Under the pieces are notes generated by a model. The model searched no databases, had not been told where the DNA came from, and was given only the letters and a program-made list of their open reading frames with translations. 10,909 nt of DNA from Candidatus Eiseniibacteriota bacterium (GTDB lineage Bacteria; Eisenbacteria; RBG-16-71-46), in the NCBI GenBank assembly GCA_031370785.1, contig JANMQY010000117.1:1-10909 (forward strand), in the 5' to 3' direction. The first letter of the stretch is position 1, and every line of letters begins with the position of its first letter. Below, one piece after another: positions 1 through 7,452 of this stretch. The position numbers were made by a program, and so were the translations under genes.

Positions 1-2214
1 ACGCGCGATACGCTGTTTCTGTCGAGCTTCGACGTCACGCGTCTGCCCATGATGGTCGCGGGCGCCTCGGCACTTTCCATCGTGGTCGCACTCGCCGCCT
101 CGCGCGCCATGGTCACGTATGGCCCGGCCCGCCTGATCCCAGCCAGCTTCGCGGTCAGCTCAGTGCTCAGCCTCGGCGAGTGGTGGCTGGCGTCGTTCGA
201 CACCGGTGCCGCCGCGATCGCGGTTTACCTGCACGTTGGCGCGCTCGGGCCGGTCCTCGTCTCCGGGTTCTGGTCGATCCTCAACGAGCGCTTCGATCCG
301 CGGGCGGCAAAACGCGCCGTAGGACGAATCGCGGCGGTCGGGACCCTCGGGGGACTCCTGGGAGGCGTTCTGGCCGAGCGCATCGCGACGTGGAGTGGCG
401 TGTCGAACACGCTGCCCGCGCTCGCGCTGATGCACGCGGGCAGTGCCTGGATGCTGTTCCGCCTGGTGAGATCTTCGCCCGCTGCGAGGCGACGCGCCGG
501 CGACGAAGCCACGCTGAGCCTGGCGCAGGCAGGCCGCGGACTGCTTTCGACCTCCTACATCCGCAACCTGGCGCTCCTGGTCCTCGGCACTTCAGTGAGC
601 GCGGTGCTCCTCGACTTCGTGTTCAAGTCGCAGACCCTCGGGGTGGCGCGCCAGGGCCCCGAGCTCATGCGGGTGTTCTCCGCGTTCTACGCGATCGTCG
701 CGGTCCTCACCTTCGCGATCCAGACGCTGCTCACCCGGTCGGCGCTCGAGCGCGTCGGGCTGCCGCGCACCATCGGCTCTCTGCCCGCTTCGGTCGTCCT
801 GAGTGGGGTCGCGGCCGCCGCGCTGCCCGGACCCTGGAGCATCGGGATCGCGCGGGGACTCGAGGCCGTGCTGCGCGGCTCGCTGTTCCGCTCGAGCTAC
901 GAGCTTCTGTACACACCGATCCCCCCCGCCGAGAAGCGTGCGACCAAGGCCCTGGTGGACGTGGGCTGTGACCGGCTGGGAGAAGCGATCGGCGCCGGGC
1001 TCACGCTGTGGACCCTGGCCACCGTTCCCAACGATCAGAATCTCGCGCTGCTCGTTCTGGCGGTCTTGATCGCACTCGCGACCCTCGGAGTCGTGGTCCG
1101 GTTGCAGCACGGTTACGTGTCGTCACTCGAGGCCGGACTTCGCGCTGGCGCGCTGGATCTCGATCGCCTCGACGTCGAAGATGGCACGACGCGCGAGACG
1201 CTGGAGCGGAGCGTCAGTGGTTACGAGCTCCGGGCGCTCCGCCAATCCGCATCCTCCGGATTCGAATCCTTTTCGGGATTCCATTTGCCTCAGGAGGGAA
1301 CGGCGGGAGTCACGGATCCAGAACTCTTCCTTGAGCCGATTGCCCGCCCCGACGATGCGATCACGCACGCGATGCGCGAGCTGCGCTCGGGAGACGCCGC
1401 GCGTGTGCGCGGCCTTCTCGCAAGGCCGGCGCCGATCGAGTCTGCGCTGGTGCCCGAAGCAATCCAGCTCCTCGCGTGGGATGAGGTGGCGCGAGAGGCT
1501 TTCCAGGCGCTGCACCGCGTCGCCGCGCGTCACGTCGGCCAGCTGGTGGACGCACTGCTCGATCCCGGCAGCGATTTCGCGATTCGGCGCCGCATCCCGG
1601 GTGTGCTCTCGGACACCAGGGACCCGCGCGTGATCGCCGGGCTCAGCCAGGGGCTTTCCGACGAGCGATTCGAGGTGCGCTTCCGCTGTGGCTGCGCACT
1701 GGCCCGGATGCTCGGAGCCGGGAGCGATCTCTCGGTCGATCGCGATCGAATCCTCAGCACCGTTCATCGAGAGGCGGCGATCGGGAGGAAGGTGTGGGAA
1801 TCCCAGCGCCTGCTCGACCGGCTCGAAGAGGGCAGCGATGAGGGCTTCGTGGACGATTTCCTGCGCGAACGCGCGGGGCGCAGCCTCGAGCACGTATTCA
1901 CGCTGCTGTCGCTCGTGCTGCCGCGCGATCCGCTGCGGATCGCGTTCCGGGGCCTGTACGCCGGCGATACCATGCTGCGTGGAACCGCGCTCGAGTACCT
2001 CGAGAGCGTCCTGCCCCCGCCGATCCGGGACGTGCTCTGGCCCTACCTCGACACGGATGGAGTGGCGCGCGTGAAGGCCCCGTCCGTGCCGAGGGAGCGG
2101 CACGAAGTGCTGCAGGATCTCCTGCGCTCGAACCAGTCGATCGAGATCAGCCTCGATGCGCTGCGGGAGCTGCGGCGCGGGAAGGGCCCCGCCGACGAGC
2201 AGTCCGGAGCGTAG
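1..2214 (+). CDS. TLC/NTT (ATP/ADP translocase)-like MFS membrane protein with a C-terminal HEAT/ARM-like helical repeat domain; 5' end lies outside the window
   Basis: Frame +1 is open from base 1 (TRDTLFLSSFDVTRLPMMV...), so ATG 49 is probably internal. RDxLFL..LP, FWSILNERFDPRAAKR, LLDFVFK and RSSYELLYTPIP..EKRATK..VDV..DRLG resemble NTT-like transporters. There are about 10 hydrophobic segments up to ~1110, then a polar linker, then amphipathic helical repeats (e.g. LSQGLSDERFEVRFRCGCALARM, LRGTALEYLESVL). Stop TAG is at 2212-2214. Confidence 0.75.
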   Translation, partial: TRDTLFLSSFDVTRLPMMVAGASALSIVVALAASRAMVTYGPARLIPASFAVSSVLSLGEWWLASFDTGAAAIAVYLHVGALGPVLVSGFWSILNERFDPRAAKRAVGRIAAVGTLGGLLGGVLAERIATWSGVSNTLPALALMHAGSAWMLFRLVRSSPAARRRAGDEATLSLAQAGRGLLSTSYIRNLALLVLGTSVSAVLLDFVFKSQTLGVARQGPELMRVFSAFYAIVAVLTFAIQTLLTRSALERVGLPRTIGSLPASVVLSGVAAAALPGPWSIGIARGLEAVLRGSLFRSSYELLYTPIPPAEKRATKALVDVGCDRLGEAIGAGLTLWTLATVPNDQNLALLVLAVLIALATLGVVVRLQHGYVSSLEAGLRAGALDLDRLDVEDGTTRETLERSVSGYELRALRQSASSGFESFSGFHLPQEGTAGVTDPELFLEPIARPDDAITHAMRELRSGDAARVRGLLARPAPIESALVPEAIQLLAWDEVAREAFQALHRVAARHVGQLVDALLDPGSDFAIRRRIPGVLSDTRDPRVIAGLSQGLSDERFEVRFRCGCALARMLGAGSDLSVDRDRILSTVHREAAIGRKVWESQRLLDRLEEGSDEGFVDDFLRERAGRSLEHVFTLLSLVLPRDPLRIAFRGLYAGDTMLRGTALEYLESVLPPPIRDVLWPYLDTDGVARVKAPSVPRERHEVLQDLLRSNQSIEISLDALRELRRGKGPADEQSGA

Positions 2215-2244
2215 CGCGGCCCCGCAACCCCGCGCGACTTCGTG

Positions 2245-2832
2245 TCAGGTGGCCTTCGCCGGCTCGCGCTCCCGTGCCCCGGAGTGAACGTCCATCCAAT
2301 CCTCGAACGCCTCGATGAAGGTGCGCACGAGCTCACGCGTGCTGTCGCTGATCAACTGTCCGTCGGCGTCGAACAGATCAACCGCTCCACCGATGTAGAC
2401 CTCGGGCTGTGGCATGGTCGGAATGTTCACCGCCGTGAGCGATTGCCGCAGGTGATGATTTGCGCCGAAGCCTCCGATGACGCCGGTCGACACGCTGATC
2501 ACCGCGCCGGGCTTGCCGGTCCAGACGCTCTTTCCATACGGCCTCGATCCGACGTCCACCGCATTCTTGAGCACTCCGGGTACCGAGCGGTTGTACTCGG
2601 GCGTGACGAACAGGACGGCATCGGCACGCTTGATCCGCTCGCGAAAGGCCGTCCATGGCGCCGGCGCGTTCGTCTCGAGATCGTGGTTGTAGAGCGGCAG
2701 GTCGCGGATCTCGACAGATTCGAGGCGCAGCCCCCTGGGCGCAAGAGTCCTGAGCGCATTTGCCATCATGCGGTTGAAGGAGCCCTTGCGCAGACTCCCC
2801 ACGATCACCGCGACATCGCGTTCCGTGCTCAC
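2245..2832 (-). CDS. chrR: NAD(P)H-dependent FMN reductase, chromate/quinone reductase family (flavodoxin-like fold), about 195 aa
   Basis: Motifs GSLRKGSFN, LFVTPEYNRSVPGVLKNAVDVGSRPYG and GGFGANHHLRQ closely match ChrR/YieF-type proteins. I moved the start from 2886 to GTG 2832, which has AAAGGA 8 nt upstream and avoids an overlap with the upstream gene's stop at 2864. Confidence 0.88.
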   Translation of the reverse strand: MSTERDVAVIVGSLRKGSFNRMMANALRTLAPRGLRLESVEIRDLPLYNHDLETNAPAPWTAFRERIKRADAVLFVTPEYNRSVPGVLKNAVDVGSRPYGKSVWTGKPGAVISVSTGVIGGFGANHHLRQSLTAVNIPTMPQPEVYIGGAVDLFDADGQLISDSTRELVRTFIEAFEDWMDVHSGAREREPAKAT

Positions 2833-2863
2833 GCTGGTGGTCCTTTCGGTCAACTTCTCCGCA

Positions 2864-4354
2864 TCAGTTGTGCACCGTCTGGTCACTCACGCGGAAGCTG
2901 CTGACCATGCGGCTGAAGGTCGGCTGGAGCATCGCGTAATCCTTTCGCGGTGCGATGAGCAGCATGTAGACGACGTGTCCGTCGGGCAGCTCGCGAGCCA
3001 CGACGGTCACGCGCTCATCCACTCCGGTCTCAGGCGACCGACCGGCCATCTGAACCGCGAGCGACTGCTGTCCCGAGAGACTCGTCCGCTGCTCGGACCC
3101 GGAGACGGGCTTGAGATACGGATTGGTCTTCTCGATGTGCCGGACGAGATCGCTGGTCGACTCCTCGAGCGGGGCGGATCCGAACAACGAGCCGTTGGGA
3201 TCCATGAAGCTGGTGCCGATCGACCCGTCGAACGGCACGTAATGATTCACGATGACGCCGTACGAGATTCTCTGCTGTCCCGAAGAAGTGGTCTCGAATC
3301 CACCGTTCGGCACGATCGTCACGCCGTAGCCGCCGTTCGGCACGTAGGCGTTCCAGTTGGACGGCTGCTCGATCTGGAACCCGCCGTCAGACTGCTGGAA
3401 GACGCGGTACGAAGTCGAGGGCTGTTCGATCGAAAGGCCGCTGGTGTTCGTGTTCACCGGTTGAGTCGTCGTGTTGCCCGCCAGTTGAGCCGTAGTCGGC
3501 GCCGGCGTAAGGCGGCGGAGCTGAGTCTGAACGTTTCGGAGATTTCCGACATAGGCCGTCGCGCGCACCGGTCCCAGCAGGCTGGCCTCCTGACGAACTC
3601 GCGCCTCGCGATCCGAGGATGACGGGTGACTGCTGAGGAAGGATGCGACGTTGCTCTGACTGCTTCCGGAAAGCTGCCCTAAATATGTGAAGAAGTGAGC
3701 CATCTCGATCGGATCGTATCCGGCCTTCGCCATGATCTGCGAGCCGACGATATCCGCCTGACTCTCGGCCGACCGCGAAAACTTGAGGAACAGCGTGTTC
3801 AGCCCGAAGCCGCCAATGGCGCCGATGATCTGGCCGGTCGACGACTGTGTCTTCGCGCCGAGCAACCCGCCGAGCACTCCGAGGCCCGCTTGCGCGAGAT
3901 ACGCCTTCGAGGCCTGGTTCGTCGGATGGCGCAGCGCAACGTGTGCAATCTCGTGGGACATGACACCCGCGAGCTCGCCCTCAGTACGCACTTTGTCGAG
4001 GAGGCCGCGGTGGACATAGATGAAGCCGCCCGGGAGGGCGAAGGCGTTGACGTCGGAAAGATTCGCGACCTTGAACTGATAGTTGTACTTGGGTCCGGGC
4101 GCCCGCGCGGCCAGCTTTGCACCGAGCGCGGAGACGTAGCGCTGGGCAGTTGCGTCGTTCAGCATCGGGAGCTGTTTCTCTGCCTGGATCGCCGACTGTT
4201 TTCCGATCTCGACGTCCTGCTGCACCGAGAAGATGTTGAACCCGGGCCGGACGACGGTCTGCGCGCGAGCCGTTCCCGCGGCGACGGCCAGGGTCAGGGC
4301 TGCACAACTCAGCAGCGCAATGTCTCGAATTCTCTTCATTTTCATTGCATGCAT
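2864..4354 (-). CDS. Secreted M48-family zinc metallopeptidase (BepA/LoiP-like catalytic domain) with an additional C-terminal domain, about 496 aa
   Basis: Motifs VNAFALPGG, ELAGVMSHEIAHV (HEXXH at 3941-3955), FSRSAESQAD (third zinc ligand), GYDP and LSSHP. The N-terminus looks like a Sec signal peptide (MKMKRIR, hydrophobic core, ARA|Q). ATG 4354 has GAGGT 5 nt upstream; ATG 4345 and 4339 are alternative starts. Confidence 0.9.
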   Translation of the reverse strand: MHAMKMKRIRDIALLSCAALTLAVAAGTARAQTVVRPGFNIFSVQQDVEIGKQSAIQAEKQLPMLNDATAQRYVSALGAKLAARAPGPKYNYQFKVANLSDVNAFALPGGFIYVHRGLLDKVRTEGELAGVMSHEIAHVALRHPTNQASKAYLAQAGLGVLGGLLGAKTQSSTGQIIGAIGGFGLNTLFLKFSRSAESQADIVGSQIMAKAGYDPIEMAHFFTYLGQLSGSSQSNVASFLSSHPSSSDREARVRQEASLLGPVRATAYVGNLRNVQTQLRRLTPAPTTAQLAGNTTTQPVNTNTSGLSIEQPSTSYRVFQQSDGGFQIEQPSNWNAYVPNGGYGVTIVPNGGFETTSSGQQRISYGVIVNHYVPFDGSIGTSFMDPNGSLFGSAPLEESTSDLVRHIEKTNPYLKPVSGSEQRTSLSGQQSLAVQMAGRSPETGVDERVTVVARELPDGHVVYMLLIAPRKDYAMLQPTFSRMVSSFRVSDQTVHN

Positions 4355-4415
4355 TGAATACCTCGCTTTGGCGGTTCTGTTTCCAGACATGGGACTCCCA
4401 CAGGTGCTCGGGCAA

Positions 4416-4432
4416 TGCCAGTCCGGTGCCAA
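4416..4432 (-). promoter_or_regulatory. Candidate sigma-54 (-24/-12) promoter for the M48 peptidase-chrR unit
   Basis: The minus strand reads TTGGCAC-CGGAC-TGGCA against the consensus TGGCAC-N5-TTGCW. The GG-N10-GC spacing is exact, with one mismatch in the -12 box. It is correctly oriented about 60 nt upstream of the start codon; the predicted transcription start is near 4405. Confidence 0.55.
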
Positions 4433-4453
4433 CTCTGAACTGCATTTCAGAGT
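4432..4453. promoter_or_regulatory. 22-bp near-perfect palindrome, candidate operator
   Basis: ACTCTGAA-C-TGCA-T-TTCAGAGT has perfect 8-bp arms and a TGCA core. It is AT-rich relative to the window, intergenic, and abuts the putative -24 box. Confidence 0.5.
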
Positions 4454-4602
4454 CTGTTGCGGTCAAAGGATCTGGCGCTTTCCTGGAAAGCTGGCCCGTG
4501 TGCGGCGACCGCGTTCGAAAGCCGATTCGGTCGGCACATTCTTCAACTCGTGGAAGTTCTTTCAATGATTCGCCGACGAACTTCGACAGCTCCGCCGGGC
4601 AG

Positions 4603-4631
4603 TTGACGCGGCCTTTCAGGGGATGGATGAT
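4603..4631 (+). promoter_or_regulatory. Candidate sigma-70-type promoter for cbpA-cbpM
   Basis: TTGACG (4603-4608), a 17-nt spacer, then GATGAT (4626-4631, 4/6 match to TATAAT), about 85 nt upstream of the GTG start. Confidence 0.35.
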
Positions 4632-4715
4632 CCAGGCTCCTCTTGACCACTCAACGGGCGGTTTTTCGAGCCCTGCGCTGGCTGAAATCGCGTCACCTGG
4701 GGAGATCTCCGGCAC

Positions 4716-5642
4716 GTGGCCGTGAAGTTCCGGGACTACTACGAGGTGCTGGGCGTGCCCCGCACCGCTTCCGCCGACGAGATCAAGAAGGCGTTCCGCC
4801 AGCTCGCGCGCAAGAAGCACCCCGACCTCCAGCCGGCGGCCGAGCGCCCCAGGGCTGCCGAGAATTTCAAGCAGATCAACGAGGCCTACGAGGTCCTGCG
4901 CGATCCCCAGAAGCGCGCGAAGTACGACGCGCTCGGCGAGAACTGGAAGGGCGGAATGGACTTCAACCCTCCGCCGGGCTCGGGGTGGAGCGCCACGAAC
5001 CCGTCGGGCTCCACCGAATGGGGCGACATCGGGGATTTCAGCGACTTCTTCGAATCCCTGTTCGGCCGGTCGAACGGGAAATCCGGACGGCACCGTGTTC
5101 GGATGACCTTTCCGGGCAGCGATGTCGAGGCCGAACTTCCAGTAACGCTGGAAGAGGTACTCCACGGCGGCCGGCGTCGGATCCAGGTCGGAGATCGGAG
5201 CCTCGAGGTGGAAATCCCAGTCGGGGCGCACGAGGGCACCGTGCTGCGTCTCGCCGGCCAGGGCCAGCGAGGCACCGGCGATGCTCCGCCGGGAGATCTC
5301 TACCTGCGCGTGCGCGTGTTATCGCACGCGCGCTTTCGCGTGGTGGGCGACGACCTCGAGATGGACCTGCCGCTCTGGCCGTGGCAGGCGGTGCTCGGGG
5401 CCTCGGTCAGAATCGAGACCCCGGAGGGTCCGGTCACGCTCAAGGTGCCGCCGGGCACGCAGAGTGGACGCCGACTGCGACTGCGCGGTCGCGGTCTGCC
5501 ACGAACCGATGGCGCGCGCGGCGATCTGTATGCGATTGTCCGGATCGTCATTCCCGAACGGCCGACCGAGGCGGAGCGGGCCGGCTACGAAAGTCTCAAA
5601 AGCGGCGCCTCGGCTCCCGCCGATCAGCCCGCGGAGCGTTGA
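4716..5642 (+). CDS. cbpA: DnaJ class B co-chaperone, curved DNA-binding protein CbpA-like, 308 aa
   Basis: J domain (DYYEVLGV...[16 protein letters not shown]...[19 protein letters not shown]), [10 protein letters not shown] motif, no CxxCxGxG zinc finger, and a DnaJ C-terminal domain (GDLYL, LRLRGRG, GDLYA). GTG start with GGGGAG upstream. It is followed by a cbpM-like gene. Confidence 0.9.
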   Translation: MAVKFRDYYEVLGVPRTASADEIKKAFRQLARKKHPDLQPAAERPRAAENFKQINEAYEVLRDPQKRAKYDALGENWKGGMDFNPPPGSGWSATNPSGSTEWGDIGDFSDFFESLFGRSNGKSGRHRVRMTFPGSDVEAELPVTLEEVLHGGRRRIQVGDRSLEVEIPVGAHEGTVLRLAGQGQRGTGDAPPGDLYLRVRVLSHARFRVVGDDLEMDLPLWPWQAVLGASVRIETPEGPVTLKVPPGTQSGRRLRLRGRGLPRTDGARGDLYAIVRIVIPERPTEAERAGYESLKSGASAPADQPAER

Positions 5643-5648
5643 GCGAAC

Positions 5649-5975
5649 ATGCGTGCGCAATCGCCGGTGCCATTCCGCGTTTCGAGCGAAGGCGGGCCGC
5701 TTCGAGCCGAGATGCAGATCACGGACAGCGATCTCGCGAGAGCCGCCGGCATCAGCGCCGCGACCCTCGTGCGCCTGGTCCACCTCGGATTGATCGAGCC
5801 GGTCGCGCCCGGAGGATCCGAGTTCACCGCGGCCACCGCCGAGCGGCTCGGGCGGATGTTGCGGCTGCACGATGATCTCGAGGTCAATCTCATCGGGGCC
5901 GCGATCATCGTGGATCTGCTGGACCGGCTGGAGCGCCTCGAGGCAGATCTGACCCGCCTGCGCGACCAGGGCTGA
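5649..5975 (+). CDS. cbpM: Chaperone modulator CbpM-like protein (MerR-like HTH)
   Basis: LARAAGIS...LVRLVHLGLIEP and RMLRLHDDLEVNLIGAAIIVDLLDRLERLE match the CbpM pattern. It starts 6 nt after the cbpA stop, the canonical arrangement. ATG 5712 is an alternative start. Confidence 0.85.
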   Translation: MRAQSPVPFRVSSEGGPLRAEMQITDSDLARAAGISAATLVRLVHLGLIEPVAPGGSEFTAATAERLGRMLRLHDDLEVNLIGAAIIVDLLDRLERLEADLTRLRDQG

Positions 5976-6067
5976 CGCGTCCGGCGTTCGGCAGATCAGC
6001 GCTCCGTTCGCGGATGGATCGCGGATGCGTCCGCCGCCCCACGCTCACTTCGCTTCCCACGCAAGCG

Positions 6068-6362
6068 ATGGTCGCTCTCCTTCAGCACCTGTTGATGGAA
6101 TCCGCGCAGCGCCGGCCGGGGAGAATCGCGGTGCGTTTCGGAGTCGAAGCGGTGCGCTACGGCGAGCTGGACCGGCTTTCGAATCAGATGGGCATTCGTC
6201 GCCTTCGGCGAGGCGCTCTCACCTGGGGCCGGAGTGCTGCGCGGCTACTGCCTGGAGAAGCTGCCGCGCCACATGGTCCCGGAGAGCTTCGAGGTGCTCG
6301 AGGAGCTGCCCAAGACCTCGACCGGCAAGGTCGACCGCACGCGGCGCGCGCGCGGCGAGTGA
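6068..6362 (+). pseudogene. Remnant of an amino-acid adenylation / AMP-binding (ANL superfamily) enzyme gene, with only the extreme N- and C-termini retained in different frames
   Basis: Frame +2, 6068-6190: MVALLQHLLMESAQRRPGRIAVRFGVEAVRYGELDRLSNQM (A1-like YxELD..SNQ). Frame +3, 6192-6362: AFVAFGEALSPGAGVLRGYCLEKLPRHMVPESFEVLEELPKTSTGKVDRTRRARGE* (LPxxMVP and A10 motif LPKTxxGKVDR). The central core of the enzyme is absent. Confidence 0.82.
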
Positions 6363-6393
6363 TGACGCCTCGTCTGCGCGGCGTGGCCTGGCC

Positions 6394-6410
6394 AAAGCGC
6401 TCCACGCTTT
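6394..6410. terminator. Weak hairpin between convergent transcription units, possibly a bidirectional terminator
   Basis: AAAGCG-CTCCA-CGCTTT lies between the stop at 6362 (+) and the stop at 6417 (-). The stem is short and there is no proper U-tract. Confidence 0.2.
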
Positions 6411-6416
6411 CGCGCG

Positions 6417-7424
6417 TCACGTTTGCCCGGGCTTCCGTCCGGCGAGCGCCACCGAGACCCCGGTGCCGGTCTCGAGCGCGCGTTGATGGATCCGATGCGC
6501 GGCGGCCAGATCCTCGATCGCGACTCCGAGCGATTCGAACAGGGTCACCTCTTCGGGCGACGTCCTGCCCGTGACCCGCCCGAGCAGAACGTCGCCGAGC
6601 TCGCCGAGGATGTGTGCATCGGTGCACGCGCCCTCCTCCTTCGCGATCAGGAAGTCGCCAGCCTCGTTGAGGGCCGACTCGCGCCGGTCGACATAAAGCC
6701 GGGCGCGGACCACCGCGGCGGTGTCGAGCTCGCGATTGCCCTTGAAGCAGGCGCCGACCGCGTTCACATGCGCGCCCGGTGCGATCCATTTCCCCTCGAG
6801 CACCGGGCTCTTCGCCGTAGTCGTGGTGCAGATCAGATCGGCGCCCTCGACCGCCGTGCGTGGCGAGTCGACCGCCTCGATGTGGAGTCTGGTGCGCTTC
6901 GATTCGCGATCGGCGAAGCGGCGCGCGTTCGCCTCGGTGCGGCTCCAGACCCGCACCCGCCTCAGCGGGCGCACCGCGCGCATCGCGTCGAGGTGGCTGA
7001 CCGCCTGCACGCCGGACCCGAGGATCGCGAGGTCGCCGGCGTCGGAACGGGCAAGCGACCGGGTTGCGACCCCGCTGGTCGCGGCAGTGCGGATCGCGGT
7101 GATCGAGCTCGCGTCGATGACGGCGAGCGGCTCGCCGTGCTCCACCCCGAACAGCAGGACGACGCCCTGATGCGAATCGTACTTACCGCCATGATTGCCG
7201 GGCATGATGCTCACTACCTTGAGGCCGAAGCTGCGCGGTTCGCCGAGGTAGCCCGGCATCAGTCCGAGCAGCCCGGAACGGTCCGGCAACCAGACCATCG
7301 AACGCAGCGGCAGCACCGCATCGCCCCGCGAGAGCGCCTTCAAGGCCTGCTCCATCAGGTCCACGCAATCGCTCATGGGCAGGAGGCGGTAGACCTCCTC
7401 GTGCGTGATGATCAGCGTATCCAT
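6417..7424 (-). CDS. Ornithine cyclodeaminase / mu-crystallin family protein (NAD(P)-dependent imine/ketimine reductase or archaeal-type alanine dehydrogenase-like), about 335 aa
   Basis: Motifs GLKVVS, ITAIRTAATSGVAT, Rossmann ILGSGVQA, GAHVNAVG and TLFESLGVAIEDLAAA. ATG 7424 has GGGAG 5 nt upstream and is preferred over ATG 7436. Confidence 0.9.
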   Translation of the reverse strand: MDTLIITHEEVYRLLPMSDCVDLMEQALKALSRGDAVLPLRSMVWLPDRSGLLGLMPGYLGEPRSFGLKVVSIMPGNHGGKYDSHQGVVLLFGVEHGEPLAVIDASSITAIRTAATSGVATRSLARSDAGDLAILGSGVQAVSHLDAMRAVRPLRRVRVWSRTEANARRFADRESKRTRLHIEAVDSPRTAVEGADLICTTTTAKSPVLEGKWIAPGAHVNAVGACFKGNRELDTAAVVRARLYVDRRESALNEAGDFLIAKEEGACTDAHILGELGDVLLGRVTGRTSPEEVTLFESLGVAIEDLAAAHRIHQRALETGTGVSVALAGRKPGQT

Positions 7425-7452
7425 CGCGTCTCCCATCCCTCGTGGACGCGGG

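Noticed and set aside
1256..1283. tRNA 3'-half-like string TTCGAATCC-N11-CCA with the palindrome GGATTCGAATCC (possible tRNA remnant or att site)
   Set aside because: The spacing to CCA fits a tRNA, but the T-stem does not pair (CCGGA versus CCTTT, G53 missing), there is no matching acceptor-stem 5' strand upstream, and it lies in-frame within an intact CDS (SGFESFSGFH).
2214..2235. GCGCGG-N10-CCGCGC hairpin between the convergent stops at 2214 and 2245
   Set aside because: It has a 6-bp all-GC stem, a large loop and no U-tract on either strand, which is too weak to call a terminator in GC-rich DNA.
2864..4600. Somewhat lower GC across the M48 gene and its upstream region, suggesting horizontal acquisition
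   Set aside because: The drop is modest and is plausibly explained by the Ser/Thr/Gln/Asn-rich secreted protein and promoter DNA. No integrase, IS ends, flanking direct repeats or tRNA are present.
4642..4655. CTTGACCACTCAAC upstream of cbpA resembling an HspR HAIR site or a sigma-32 -35 box
   Set aside because: HAIR needs CTTGAGT-N7-ACTCAAG and the spacing here is wrong. There is no CCCCAT -10 box downstream and no CIRCE element.
6014..6574. 186-aa ORF as an intact protein
   Set aside because: Only 6068-6190 looks protein-like. After the junction the meaningful sequence continues in frame +3, and the rest of this ORF runs antisense into the OCD-family gene.
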